Shown in pieces: positions 52,777-64,000 of a DNA stretch of 64,000 nucleotides; within the stretch, counting starts at the first letter, position 1; every line of letters starts with the position of its first letter. This DNA is from Scenedesmus sp. PABB004. Its lineage: Eukaryota. The notes beneath the pieces were generated by a model. That model ran no database searches. It was not told the DNA's origin and worked only from the letters and a program-made list of their open reading frames with translations. The DNA lies in the NCBI GenBank assembly GCA_014905635.1, contig JABVCE010000012.1, positions 620,001 to 684,000 of the forward strand, in the 5' to 3' direction. The position numbers and the translations under genes were made by a program.

Positions 52777-55700
52777 TCACAGCTCGCTGCGGTCGCTCGC
52801 GCTGTCGCCCTCGCCGCCGTCGCCGCCGTCGCCGCCGTCGCCGCCCGCGCCCTCGGCCCCGCCCTCGCCCTCGCCGGCGCCGCCGCCGCCCGCCGCAAAG
52901 GCCGCCTCCTGCGCCGCGTACTCGGCGTCCACGCGCGCCGTGAGCGCGGCCTGCTCCGCGTCGAGCGCGGGCCACTCGGCGATGATGCGCCGCGCGGCGG
53001 AGAGCTTGGGCTCCTTGGTCTTGGGGTTGTTGCACAGGTCGATCGTGCGCGCCTGCGGGGGGCGGGGAGGGGACGGCGCGGCGCGTCGGGGGCCGTGTCG
53101 CGCGGCGCGGGGAGACAACACGGCGGGCGGCGGCGCGGCCGGCCCGAGCCTCCCCCCCCCCCACTCCGCCCGCGCGCGCCGCACCTTGGCCTTGGTCTCG
53201 TCGCCGCACCAGCTCTCGCACCAGAGCCACTCCTGGGGCAGGGAGTGGATGGGGATGCTGTGCTGCGCGTAGTTGGGGAGGTCCTGGTCGAGGTTGGCGA
53301 GGCTGTTGGGGTCCTTGCTCAGATTCTCATACATCACCCGGTAGTTGTCACCAGCCGCGAGCTGCCTGCGCGGCGGTGGGAGGTGCGGGAGGCGCGGCGG
53401 CGGGGGGCGGCGCGGGGCGCGGGCGGCGGCGGCGCGCGGGCGGGCGCGGACGTCGCGGGCGGGCGGGCGCGCCGCGCCGGCGGGCGGGCGGGCGGTGGCG
53501 CGCGCGGGCGCTGCCGCAGGCTGCGCCGCCGCGGGCCGCGGGCCGCCGCGCCGCCGCGCCTGAAGCGCTGGAGGTCTATGAGGTACAGCGCGCTGATGTG
53601 GTACGGCTGGCCCTGCAGGTGGGTGGCCCAGAACCCGGTCTTCCAGAACCTGCAAAGGAGGCGGCGCGGGCGGCGGGGGAGGGGGCGGCGGCGGAGGGCG
53701 GCGTGGGAGGCGGCGGAGGCGGCGGGCGGCTTGGCGGCGTCACGGGGCGCCCCGCGCGCGGCGCGGCGGCGTGCGGTGCGGCGTGCGGCGCGCGGGGCTG
53801 CGGTGTTTAGGCCTTAACCCTAAACCCTAAACCCTAAAGCAAACAGGCGCGCGCGCCTGTAGGGCTCCATCTCCTTGTTGTTGTCGCAGAAGGGCGTGTA
53901 GGCCAGCGGCTTGCCCTGCGCGGCGGCGGGGGCGTGGGGCGCGGCGGCGGCGGGGGCGCAGCGGCGGGGGCGCGTCGGCGGCGGCACAGCGGGCAGCGCG
54001 GGCGGCGCGCGGCGCGCAGCCCCCCCCCCCCCCCCCCCACACACACACCCCGCCCACACCTTGAGGTCCATGGTGTAGAGCTCAGCGAGGTCGGTGCGCA
54101 CGACCTGCACAGCAGCGCGAAGAGCGGCGCAGAGCGGGCCTGAGCGAGGCAGCCGCCGTGCGTCGTCCGCGGCGCCGCGGCACCCCTCGCCGACGCCGGC
54201 CCGGTCTGGTCCGCTCCGCGGGCGTCGCCCCGGGCCCCTCCCCCACCCACCACCGACCCACCCAGCCACGCTCACACCGCACGCCCACTCTCAAACCCCC
54301 AACCCCAAACAGCCCTAAACCCTGGACCCACCTGGTCCGAGTCGACGAAGATCATGCGCGGCACATCGAGGGGGAAGAGCACGTCCAGGAACAGTATCTT
54401 GTAGGCCCAGATGGTGCGCTGCTTGTCGGTCTGCGCGTGCAGCCAGTGGGGCCACTTGTACGTCACAAACGCGAGGTCAAAGCCCGCCGCGGCCGCCATC
54501 GCGGGCAGCACGCGGCGGTGGTGGGGGGACATGTAGTTGCTGATGATCCAGAACTTCACGCTGCGGCGGGCGTGCATGCGTGCGCGTGCGTGTTAGGCCG
54601 GGGGGAGGTGAGCGAGTGAGGCGGTCAGCGGCGGAGTGAGTGGAGCGAGCGAGAGCGAGTGTGGGGTGAGTGAGTGAGCGGGCGGGCGAGCGAGCGACTG
54701 GCGCGGGGTGTGGCGGCGGCGCGCGGCGCGGCGCCGGCGTGTGCGCGCGCGCACCGCGACTTTGTGTTTTTGATGACCGAGAGGATCATGATCTTCTGCA
54801 GGCGCTCGTACATGTGGCCGCTCGCGACGGTGAAGATGTTGATGACGTCGCCGGACGGCACGGCGGCGGCGCTGCTGTCGGGCGCGTCAAACGCGGCCGC
54901 GCCGGGCGCCGGCGCGGCGGGGAGCAGCGACTCGGCCTCCCTGCCAGGGCGCTTCTGGACCTTGAGCGACAGGTGCTTGCCTGGGGGCGGGGAAAGGGGG
55001 GGGGGGGGGAAGGCGCGAGGCGGAGGCAGGCACGGGGGTGGGCGGCGCCCGGCGCGGCGGCGCGGCGCGGCGCAGCGCTGCGGCGCCGGCGCCCCCGGTG
55101 CGCACCTGAGAAGCTCTGCACCAGCACCTGCGCCGCGACGTCGGTCGTCTGCCCTGCGGCGCCGGCCTCGGCGCCGCGGCCGCCGCCGGCGGCGCCCGCC
55201 GGCGGGTGGCGGCCGTAGCCGAAGCCCCACCCCATGTCGGCGCTGCTGCCGTCGGTGCTCGACACGAGCTCGTACAGCTCCCGGCTGCGGCCTGAGGGGG
55301 CGCGGGTGCAGCGCGGGCGCGCGGCGCGGGCGGGCGGGCGCGCGGCCGCCGCCGGGCGCGGGCGCGGGCGTCGGCGAGGCCGCGGGCGTCGGCGCGGGGC
55401 GCGGCGCGCGGGCGCGGGCGCGCACCCGGCGCGATGGAGAGCTGCCAGAGCCCTGGGCTGGCTTTGAGCTGGAAGTAGCCGAGGTTTTGCATCACCAGCG
55501 TGTCGACCTGCGTGTGAGCAGGACAGCACAGCGGCGGCCAGGCGGCCATGCGAGTGGGCCAGGCGTCGGCGGGGGCTGCGCGGCCGCGCTGCAAGGGAGG
55601 CGACAAACGAGACAGCGGCGCGGCGGCCGGGCGCGCGCCGCGCGCGCGCGCCTGGTGGGGGTCGTCGGGCGTGCCGAGGTGCAGCTGGAGCCCGCGCGGC

Positions 55701-58700
55701 GGCGGCAGCCGCGCGCGCGCGCCGCCGGGCGCGGCCTCGGTGCAGGCGCCCGTGAGCATGATGGCGTCGAGCTCATACTCGGCAAACGCGACCTGCGGCG
55801 CGCCGGCGACGGGACGGGCGGCGCGGGGCGGCGCCGGGGGCCGGGCTCGGCAGGGCGGCGGCGTGCGACCGCCGCCGCACGCCACGCGCGCAGCGCAGCG
55901 CGACAGCGCCGCCAGGCTGAGTGCTGCGCGGTGCGGCAGCGCTGCGCGGCGCGGCAGCGCGGCGGCAGCGCGCGTGCCTGCTCCGGCACGTCGTCGAGGC
56001 GTAGGTTGTCGAGGTCGTGCAGCGCCATGGCGGGCGTGACGAGCCAGCTCTCGGGGAGCTCCAGGTTGAGCGTCAGCACGCGCTTGCGTGGCAGCCTGGC
56101 GGAGCGTGACGGCGTGTGGATGTGAGTGCGTGCGCGAGCGTGCGTGCATGCGTGCGTGCGTGCGTGCGTGCGTGCATGCGTGCGTGCGTGCGAGGGAGGC
56201 GGGGGCGCGCCGCGCACCGCGCAAAGTAGGCCGACGGCGCGCCCGGCATCGACACGCGGCCGGCCTCGTCGCGGCTCAGCTCGGGCAGCGCGTAGCTGCG
56301 GCGGCGGCGGCGGCGGCCGCGGCGGCGCGGGGCGGCCAGGTTGGTCGGCGGCGCCGCGCGCGCGCCAGGCGCGGCCTCCCCGCCTCAGCTCCCCGCCGCC
56401 GCCGCGGCTGCCGCCGCCGCTGCAAGCGCGGCCGCCTGGGCGGCCGCCTGGGCAGCGCACCGGTAGAAACTCTTGAGGGGAAGCTCGCTCAGGTCTGACT
56501 GGGGGTTTAGGAACAGCTGGATTGCCGGGTTGAGCAGCCCTGACAGCAGCAGCAGCACCTGACGACACGGCCGCGGCGGCGGCGGGCGCGGGCGGGACGC
56601 TCGGCGGCGCGGCGCCGCGCGGGCGCGGGCGCAGCGCGGGCGCGGGCGCGGCGCGGCGCGCGCCGGGCGGGCCGGCCGGCCCCTGCCGCGGCGCGCGGCG
56701 AGCGGCGCGGCGCGCGCCTGGCTCATGCGCTGCGCCTCGCGCGTGAGGGGGTTGATGATCGCGGTGAGCTGCAGCTCCGCGGTGCTGCGCCGCGGGCCGA
56801 CGCTGACCGACTTGCCGCCGAGGCTGCCGACGACCTCGCTGATCTGCTTCGCCGCGAGCGACCCGAACCTGCGCGCGGGCGCGCGCGGGGTGCGGCGGCG
56901 GCGGGGGCGTCGGCTGCCGCGTCGCCGACGGCCCGGCGCCGCGGCGCTGCGTGCGCCGGCCCCGCGCCGCCGGCCAGGCGATGGCGATGGCCACGGCGCA
57001 GGCCCAGCCCCGGCCCCCAGCGCCGCGCGCCTGCTGTCAGGGTAGACTTGCGCGGCCAGCGCCGCCGCGGCGACCATCACGACGTCGCTCGCGCCGCGCG
57101 CGCCCGACAGCACCGCGTCCTGCCCCGGCGTCTTGCTCTTGGCGGCCGCGCCGCCGCCGGCCTTGGGGATGGCCGAGCGCGCGACCTGCGCGCGGCGCGG
57201 GGCGGGGCGCGGGGTGAGGTGCACGCGGGCGCGCGCGCGCGCGGCGCAGTGCGGCGCGGGCGGGGGGTCGTGGTGGCGCCCAGCGGCCCGCCACCAACCT
57301 TGATGACGCGCGCGAGCGCCTCGCCGAGCTGGAGGGACTCGGCGTAGAGCTGCAGCAGCGCAAAGTCCTCCGGCAGCAGGCCTGGCGCGTTCACGATGTG
57401 GCGGGGAGGCGGAGGCGGGCGGGCCGCAGGGGCGGGGTCGGAGGCGCGCGCTGCGCGGCGGCGGCGCGCGCTGCGCGGCGGCGGCGCGCGCTGCGCAGCG
57501 CAGCACAGCGCGCACCCGGCTGCGCGGGCGCGGGCGACGCGGGGTTGGTGTCCCACACGAGGCGGCCGTTGCTGATCACGGCTGCGCCGCCGAGCGGCAG
57601 CCCCAGCTCGCGCGTCACGAGGTCGGCGGTGGCGTTGATGCTCGAGAGCGCGGACGCGACCTGCGGCGGCGGCGGCGCGTGTGCGTGATGGGGCGTGCAC
57701 GCGCGGCACGCGCAGGCGGCGGCAGCGAGCGGCGCCGCCCCGCGCCGTGCCCCCCCCCCCCCGGGCGGCGCGGCGCCCGCGCACCTGCTCCTGCCCGAGC
57801 GCCCAGCCCTCCGCGCCGGGCAGCCCCGCCTCGCCGGCGAGCGCGCGCAGCGCGGTGGCGGCCGCGGCGTCGAGCGCGGCGGCGGGCTTGCCGCCCAGCT
57901 CTGCCTGCGCCTGCAGAAGCTTGGCCACGAACACAGGCAGCTGCGGCTCGTCCGCAAAGGTCTGCAGCGGTGAAAGCGGCGGGCACGTCAGCGGCGGCAG
58001 GGGCCTCGGCGGCGGCACGGGCCTCGGCACCGGCCGCCCTGGCCCAGCGCGCGCGGCGCACCGCGAGCGCCGACGCGACCGCCACGTCGAGCGCGGTCGG
58101 CGCGCCGCCGGGCGCGAGCAGCAGCGCGAGCCGCGCCGCGGCGGGCTCGAACTCGTCGCCGGGGTCGGTCAGGTACGCCAGGCCGGCGCCCGCGAGCGCG
58201 CGGCCGCGCGGGGTGGACAGGTCTGCCACGACCCAGTGCGTCACGTGCTTCACGCGCCCCGCGGTGCCCTTGGAGTGAAGGTAGGCCAGGCCGGCCGCGG
58301 CAGGGTGCTGCAGCGCGCGCGCGAGCGGCAGCTGCGGCGCGGCGGGCGCGCGCGCACGGGCCGGGGCGGCGGCGGCCGGGCGGGTCGGCGCGCGGCGCGG
58401 CGCGGCGCGGCGCGGCGCCCGCGGCCGCGCGCCCCCGGCGCCGCCGCACCTTGCGCGCGTCGTCGCCGTCGTCGGTGCCGAGCGCGCGCGGGTTCCAGCG
58501 CCGCACTGAGAGGGAGAGCTCGAGCAGCGCGTCCAGGGGCGGGCCCTCCTCGTCGATGCGACCGAAGTAAATGTGCTCCTGCAGCGCCTGCGTCTCCAGC
58601 GCGAGCGCGTACCCGACGTCCTGCTCCACCGACCTGCGCCCCCGACGCGGCGGCGGCAGCGCATGGGCGAATTGGACGCCCGGGCCGGCGGCGGCAGCAG

Positions 58701-60208
58701 CGGCGAGGGTCGGCGCCGCGCGCCGGGCCGCGCGTGCGCGGGCGCGGGGGCCCCGCCCGCCCCGCCCGCGCCGTGCGCCGCGCGCGCGCGCCGCGCGCCG
58801 CGCACAGTGGGTCGGCCATGGGCGTGATGAGGCCGTCGAGCCACCAGGAGGGCTTGGGCAGGTGGGCGAGGCCCTTGCTGAGGACGTAGGTCGACACCTC
58901 GGCCAGCGCCATGCCCGCCTCAGACGCGTGCCCCGCGCCGTCCTGCAGCTCCGCCCACGCCTTGGCGGGGTCCTTCTTCGCCGCCACCTTGGCCTTGGCG
59001 CCCGCCGCGCCCGCCGCGCCCGCCGCCCAGGCGGCGACGAACTGCGCCTTCAGCGCCGCGTCAAACGCAGAGGCCTTGCCCCGCGCCAGCGCGGCCTCGA
59101 CCGGCGGCGCGGCCATGCGGGACCAGAGGTCCCACGCGCGCGCCGCGCCGTACGCGCTCTTCACGGTGAGCATCGCGCGCGTGAACTTCTCGCTCGCAGA
59201 CATGCCCTGCGCGGTGCGGTGCGCAGTGCGGCGCGCGGCGCGGCGGCGCGTGGGAGTCTCGTACGCACAGTGCGGCGCGGCGCAGGGCGGCGCGGCGCGC
59301 GCGGAGGCGGCGGCGCGCGCGCGCCGCACCTTCCAGGCCGGCACGTCGACGGTCTGCCCGGGGCTGGCGCGCCGCGCATCGGCGCGCGCGATGGCGTCCG
59401 GCACGACCGGCAGCATGCCCATGCGCACCGGCATCAGCCTGGCGGCCGCAGCGACGCGGCGGCGGCGGCGGGCTCGGCGCGCCGCCGCGGGGGCCGCGCG
59501 CGCCGGGCGAGCCACGCGGCCGCGCGCGCCGCGGCGCGCCACACCCCCAGCCCCGCCGCCGCCGCCGCCGCCGCACCTCTCTGCCATGCGCTGCATCACG
59601 GCCGCGAGCGCGACGCACTCGGGGCTGAGCGGGTCGCCGACGGCGACGAGGGTCATGAGGTTGGCGGCCATGGGGTTGAGGCGGCCGGGGTACATGTTGA
59701 GCACGAGGCTCAGCTGCGACGGCAGGTGCCGGTGCGCCTTGTCGCGCGCGGGGTTGTTCAGCCACAGGACCTGCGGCGGATGCGAGCGCGGCGGCGGCGG
59801 ATGCGAGCGCGGCGGCGGCGGCGGCACGTGAGCGCGCGCGGGTGGGTGACGGGGGGGAGGAGGGAGGCGCGGCGGGCGCCGGCAGCGAGTGGCGCGCGGC
59901 CGAGCGGGTGCGCGCGGCCGAGGCGCGAGGGCGGCGAGGGCGGCGCGCCTGTTTCATGGGGGAGAGGTCCAGCCGCAGCTCCGCGAGTCCGTCGGGGTTT
60001 TGGTCGAGCCGCGTCTGCAGCAGCTTCTGCACCAGCCCCGGCGTGAGGCCCAGGCCCTGCAGCTGGCCCTGCAGGCGCAGCTCGATGCGCAGCCGGTCGA
60101 TGAAGCCTGGACGATGGGGGAGGGGGGGTTGGGGCGGCGGCTGGTCACGCTGCCTGTGCCGGCGGAGCAGCAGCGCCAGCAGCCGCAGCAGCAGTGCCAG
60201 CAGCAGTG

Positions 60209-60246
<38 letters not shown>

Positions 60247-62286
60247 GCCAGCCGCAGCAGCAGCACGCACTGTAGAGCTCGAAGTTTTTGACCTCGACCA
60301 GCATGCCGTTCAGCATCATAAAGTTGGCCCCCGGGCTGATGAGGCGCTGGTTGGTGCGCACCGCCGACCGCAGGCTCTCCGGCACCTGCGCCGCGCCGCG
60401 CGGGGGCGGGCGGTGGGACGCGCGCGGCCAGCGGCGGCGGGGCCCGGGGGAGGGGGGTGCACGGCCAGGAGCGAGGCGCGCCGGGGCGCGCGGCGGCGGC
60501 GGCGCGCGCCTGCAGGCGCGTGAGGCTGCTTGCGACGGTTGGGAAGTTTTGGCTGATCTCCGCCAGCAGCGCGAGCGGGTCGGACGCGGCGCCCACGCGT
60601 GCCGCGGCCTGCAGCCCCGCGTCGCGCACGTCCCAGACCTGCGCCCGAGCGGCGGCGGCGGTGCTCAAACGGCGGCACGGCGGCGCGCGCATCCCACGGC
60701 TGCCGCGCTGCTGCGCCGCGCAGCCTGCCGCGCCGCTGCGCCGCGCAGCCCGCCGCGCGCCGCGCCGCGCCGCGGCGCGCCTTGATGCTCTCCTCCTCGT
60801 CGCTCGACAGCAGGCTGTCGCGGAAGGTCAGCAGCTCCTGCACCAGCCCTGGGCGCCGCCGCGCGAGCACGTCAAAGCGGAAGCCCTTGACCTCACCCAG
60901 GTCTGCCGCGTCCACGCCGGGCGGCGGCGCGCCGGCGCCGCCCTTGGCGCCGCCGCCGGCCTTGGCGTCGGCCTTGGCCTTGGCCGCCGCGTCGGCCTTG
61001 GCCTTGTCGTCAACCGCCGAGTACTCGGTGTTTTTGAGCACCGCCTCCACGCCGTAGCCCGGCAGCACGAGCTGCTCCTCGCTGCCGAGCGCGCCGCACG
61101 CGTGCACGTCCTGCGCGCGCGGCCCGCGCGGGTGGGCCGCCGGCCGCTGCGACGGCGGCGCGTGCGCGCGCGCGCGCGGGTGCGTGCGCGCGCGGGTGCG
61201 CACCTTGCACACGGCCGGCAGCACGGGGCGGTGCGCGTAGACGAGCGGGCGGTCGGCCGGCGCGCCGTCGGCGGCCGCCTTGAGCGCAGCGTGCAGCGGC
61301 GCCCAGCAGGGCGTGCCGGGCGCGGCGTGCAGGATCGCGACCACGGCGCCTGCGCGGCGGCGCCCGTGGAAGCAGCGGCGGCGGCGTCAGCGGCGCGCCG
61401 CCACGGCCGCGGCGCGGCGGCCGCGACGCGGCGGCGCACCGGGCGCGTCCCGGGCGGCGGGGTTGTACACGTGGTCTGCCTCCTGCAGCGCCGCCGCGGC
61501 GCCACCCCGCGCCGCGGCGGCGACCGCCGTCAGCAGCGCCGCCGGGTCGGTCACCAGCAGGCCGTGGACGTCAACGAAGCAGCAGTACTCCTGCGGCGTG
61601 ACGCGCGCCGCGGCGTCAGGGGTGCCGCCACGCGGCGTCGGGGGGACGCCGGCGCGGCGCGCCGTCGCCGCCCCTGCGCCGCGCCGCGCCGCGCCCGCCG
61701 CGCGCGCCTGCGCGTCCGGGTGCAGCTGCTTGCTGAGCTGCCTGAACATCTCCAGGCGCGCCGAGTACTGGCGCACGCCCAGCACCAGCGGCAGGATCTG
61801 CGCGCCGCCGCGGCGGGGTGAGCGCCCGCCACCTGCGCCGCCGGCCGCCCTGCGCCGCCGCCGTGAGTGCCGCCGCCGTGGGCGCCGCAGCCGGCGCGGG
61901 CCGGGGGCGCTGCCGGCGCGCGCGCACCTTGGCGACCTGCGGCAGGCACAGCGCCGATGCCTGCTCGACGACCGCGTGCCAGCAGTCCGGCCCGGCCGCG
62001 TGCTCCGGCAGCGCCAGGCCGTCCAGGAAGCGCCAATAGAGCTTCGGCGACTCGTCAGCCTGCGCGCGCCGCGTGAGCGCCCGTGCGCGGCGCGGGCGCG
62101 CTGCGGCGCCCGGGCGCCCGCGGCACTCTGCGGCGGCGCACGCACCAGGAACTCTGCAGCCTCCAGCACGTACGGCGTGCCCTGCCACCGCGCCCTCAGC
62201 GTCACGCTCGCGCCCTTCTGCGCGCTGGCCGCCGCCAGGGGCGCCGACGCCGCCAGCAGCAGCGCCAGCGCCGCCCAGCGCGCCAT
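52777..62286 (-). CDS. UGGT: UDP-glucose:glycoprotein glucosyltransferase; about 30 exons
   Basis: Signal peptide; [162 protein letters not shown]-terminal RSEL. Confidence 0.97.
53805..53838 (-). repeat. Interstitial plant-type telomere repeat (TTTAGGG)3 plus a degenerate unit and an inverted partial unit, in a UGGT intron
   Basis: gtttaggccttaaccctaaaccctaaaccctaaa. Confidence 0.9.
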
Positions 62287-63277
62287 CCGCTGCTGCCGCG
62301 GCCGCCGCCGCCGCTGCCGTCCACCGCGCGCGCCCGCCACGCCCGGATCACCGGCGCGGCAATGTCCCGTCTTCAGCAATTTGACAGGGGCGCGCGGCCT
62401 CGCGGCAGCAGGCCTTCTCGACTCTGCTGCTGCTGCTGCTGCTCCCGAGCTGCCCGCCCAACTGGCCGGCGCGCGCTGCGGGCGGCTGGTGTTCGGCACC
62501 TGTCTGCAAGCCGAGCTGATAGCGCGCGGGCGGGCGAGGAGCCCGCCGCGCCAGGCCCTGGACCGCGGCGGTTGCGGGCGGACGGCGCAGGCGCAGCGGC
62601 GGCTTCAGCGGCGCCTGAGCGGCGGCTGATCGATCGGCGCGGGGCCCGCGGCGGCGTCGAGCTTGCAGCTGGTGCCGCGCGAGCCGCCGCCACCACTGGC
62701 GCCGTAGACGCAGTTGCCGCAGGTCCGGTCGCGCGCTAGCTCAAAAAAGCTCAAGAATTGCAGGCCCAAGAATTGCAGCCTCAAGCAAAGGGATGGTGAA
62801 TCAATCAGCAGTCAACGGTGCGGCACGAGCAGACGACGCACCCCGCCCCCGCGGATCATCGCAGCGGTCAGCGGGCGCGTGCACAGTGCAGTCCAGCGCA
62901 CGCATGCCAGCGCGCGCGCGTTTGCCGGCCAATGTTCCAACTGGCCCGAGCGCCAATGCCGGCTCGCAACCCAAACAATGAGGACGCTCGCAGTTGGATG
63001 CCAGTGCCGCCACCGGCTGCGGGCGCGCCGCCCCGCACGCCCGACTCGATGCTCGTGCGCCAGCGCTGTTCAGCAGCGGTCCCGCTGCCCAAGGGAGGAA
63101 GGGAGGTGCGCAGGGCGCGCGTATGCTCAGGAGGAGGACGCGTGCTCAGGGATGACGCAAGACGTGCAAGAAGCTCCGCACAATGCACTGGTCTGCAGGT
63201 CTTGCAGGCGGCCGGCCGGCGGCACGTCGCCGCCGCCGCCGATCGCTAAAACGCGTTCAAGCCGTTTCTCTCGCCGC

Positions 63278-63898
63278 TCACAGCGCCGACGGCAGCGCGA
63301 GCAGGAGGTTGGCCGTGCCCGCGGGCGCGCCGAGCACCGCGCCGGGCGCCGCGAGGCACGTGAGCTTGGCGCTGCAGTCGGCCGCCGCGGCGCAGCCGCC
63401 GGCGGCCCAGAGGCGCGCCGCCGCGCCCGACACGTGCGGGGCGGCCATGGAGGTGCCGCTCATGTACACTGCGCCGCTGGCACTGGAATAGTCGGCGGAC
63501 AGGATGCTCGTCCCAGGCGCGTAGAGGTCCACGCAGGCGCCGAAGTTTGAAAAGCTCGCGGGCGAGTCGTTCGCCGTCGACGCGGCGACTGTGAGCGCGG
63601 AGGGCGCGCGCGCGGGCGAGGTCCCGCACGCGTCGGCGGCGTCATTCCCGGCCGCGACGACGACGACGAGCCCCGCCGCGGCCGCGGCCTCGACTGCGGC
63701 GTCCATCGCGTCGGACGCTCCCCCACCGAGAGAGAGCTGAACGACGTGCTTGCCGCCCGCGCCGGCGGCGGTCACGGCGTAGTCGATGCCCGCGACGACG
63801 CTGCTCGTGGTGCCGCTGCCGGTGCAGTCGAGGACCTTCAGCGCCACCAGGGACGCGGCCTTGGCGACGCCGTACGTCGTCCCGCCGACGATGCCGGC
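63278..63898 (-). CDS. Subtilisin-like S8 serine protease (proteinase K/aqualysin type), last exon; 5' part outside window
   Basis: AGIVGGTTYGVAK, LKVLDCTGSG, LSLGG, VVAAGND, CGTSPA, FSNFGACVDLYAPG, MSGTSMAAPHVSG (catalytic Ser). Confidence 0.95.
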   Translation of the reverse strand, partial: AGIVGGTTYGVAKAASLVALKVLDCTGSGTTSSVVAGIDYAVTAAGAGGKHVVQLSLGGGASDAMDAAVEAAAAAGLVVVVAAGNDAADACGTSPARAPSALTVAASTANDSPASFSNFGACVDLYAPGTSILSADYSSASGAVYMSGTSMAAPHVSGAAARLWAAGGCAAAADCSAKLTCLAAPGAVLGAPAGTANLLLALPSAL

Positions 63899-64000
63899 CT
63901 GCGCGGTCGTGGGCGCGGGCGGCGCGTGAGCGGCGCGCGGGCGCGGGCGGCGCGTGAGCGGCGCGCGTGAGCGGCGCGTGCGACCAGGGTTGAGTGATTT

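Noticed and set aside
60165..60265. PolyQ/polyS ORF on the plus strand
   Set aside because: It is a CAG-rich tract inside a minus-strand UGGT intron with no supporting gene structure.

Overview
Gene-dense, extremely GC-rich (roughly 75-80% by eye) eukaryotic nuclear DNA with short spliceosomal introns, TGTAA poly(A) signals and TTTAGGG telomere-type motifs. This fits a chlorophyte green alga, probably Sphaeropleales-like (inference). The long Arg/Ala/Pro-rich six-frame ORFs are mostly GC artefacts, so I rebuilt genes by hand from exon motifs and splice sites. About 19 genes: FUSC/ALMT-like transporter (5' partial), two tandem F-box/ankyrin genes (each with an apparent frameshift), L-gulonolactone oxidase-like oxidase, CTP synthase, Alba/Rpp25-like RG-repeat protein, a small plastid membrane protein, cytochrome P450, biotin-protein ligase, SPIDR-like OB protein, secreted FkbM methyltransferase, a secreted papain-LysM-LRR-mucin mosaic, GH30 hydrolase, a large OPR-like helical-repeat protein, SnoaL/NTF2-like protein, a small Zn-knuckle protein, Iwr1, UGGT and a subtilisin (last exon only). 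Highlights: (1) the mosaic's papain domain lacks both catalytic Cys and His and is fused to LysM and LRR modules, like a secreted sensor or decoy; (2) about 25 GC-AG introns with an AG|GCGCG donor; (3) TTTAGGG motifs on the sense strand 12-18 nt after the donor in three introns; (4) a near-identical ~760-bp direct duplication, one copy carrying a 23-bp tail-like insertion with a 9-bp target-site duplication. Coordinates were counted by eye and may be off by a few bases.
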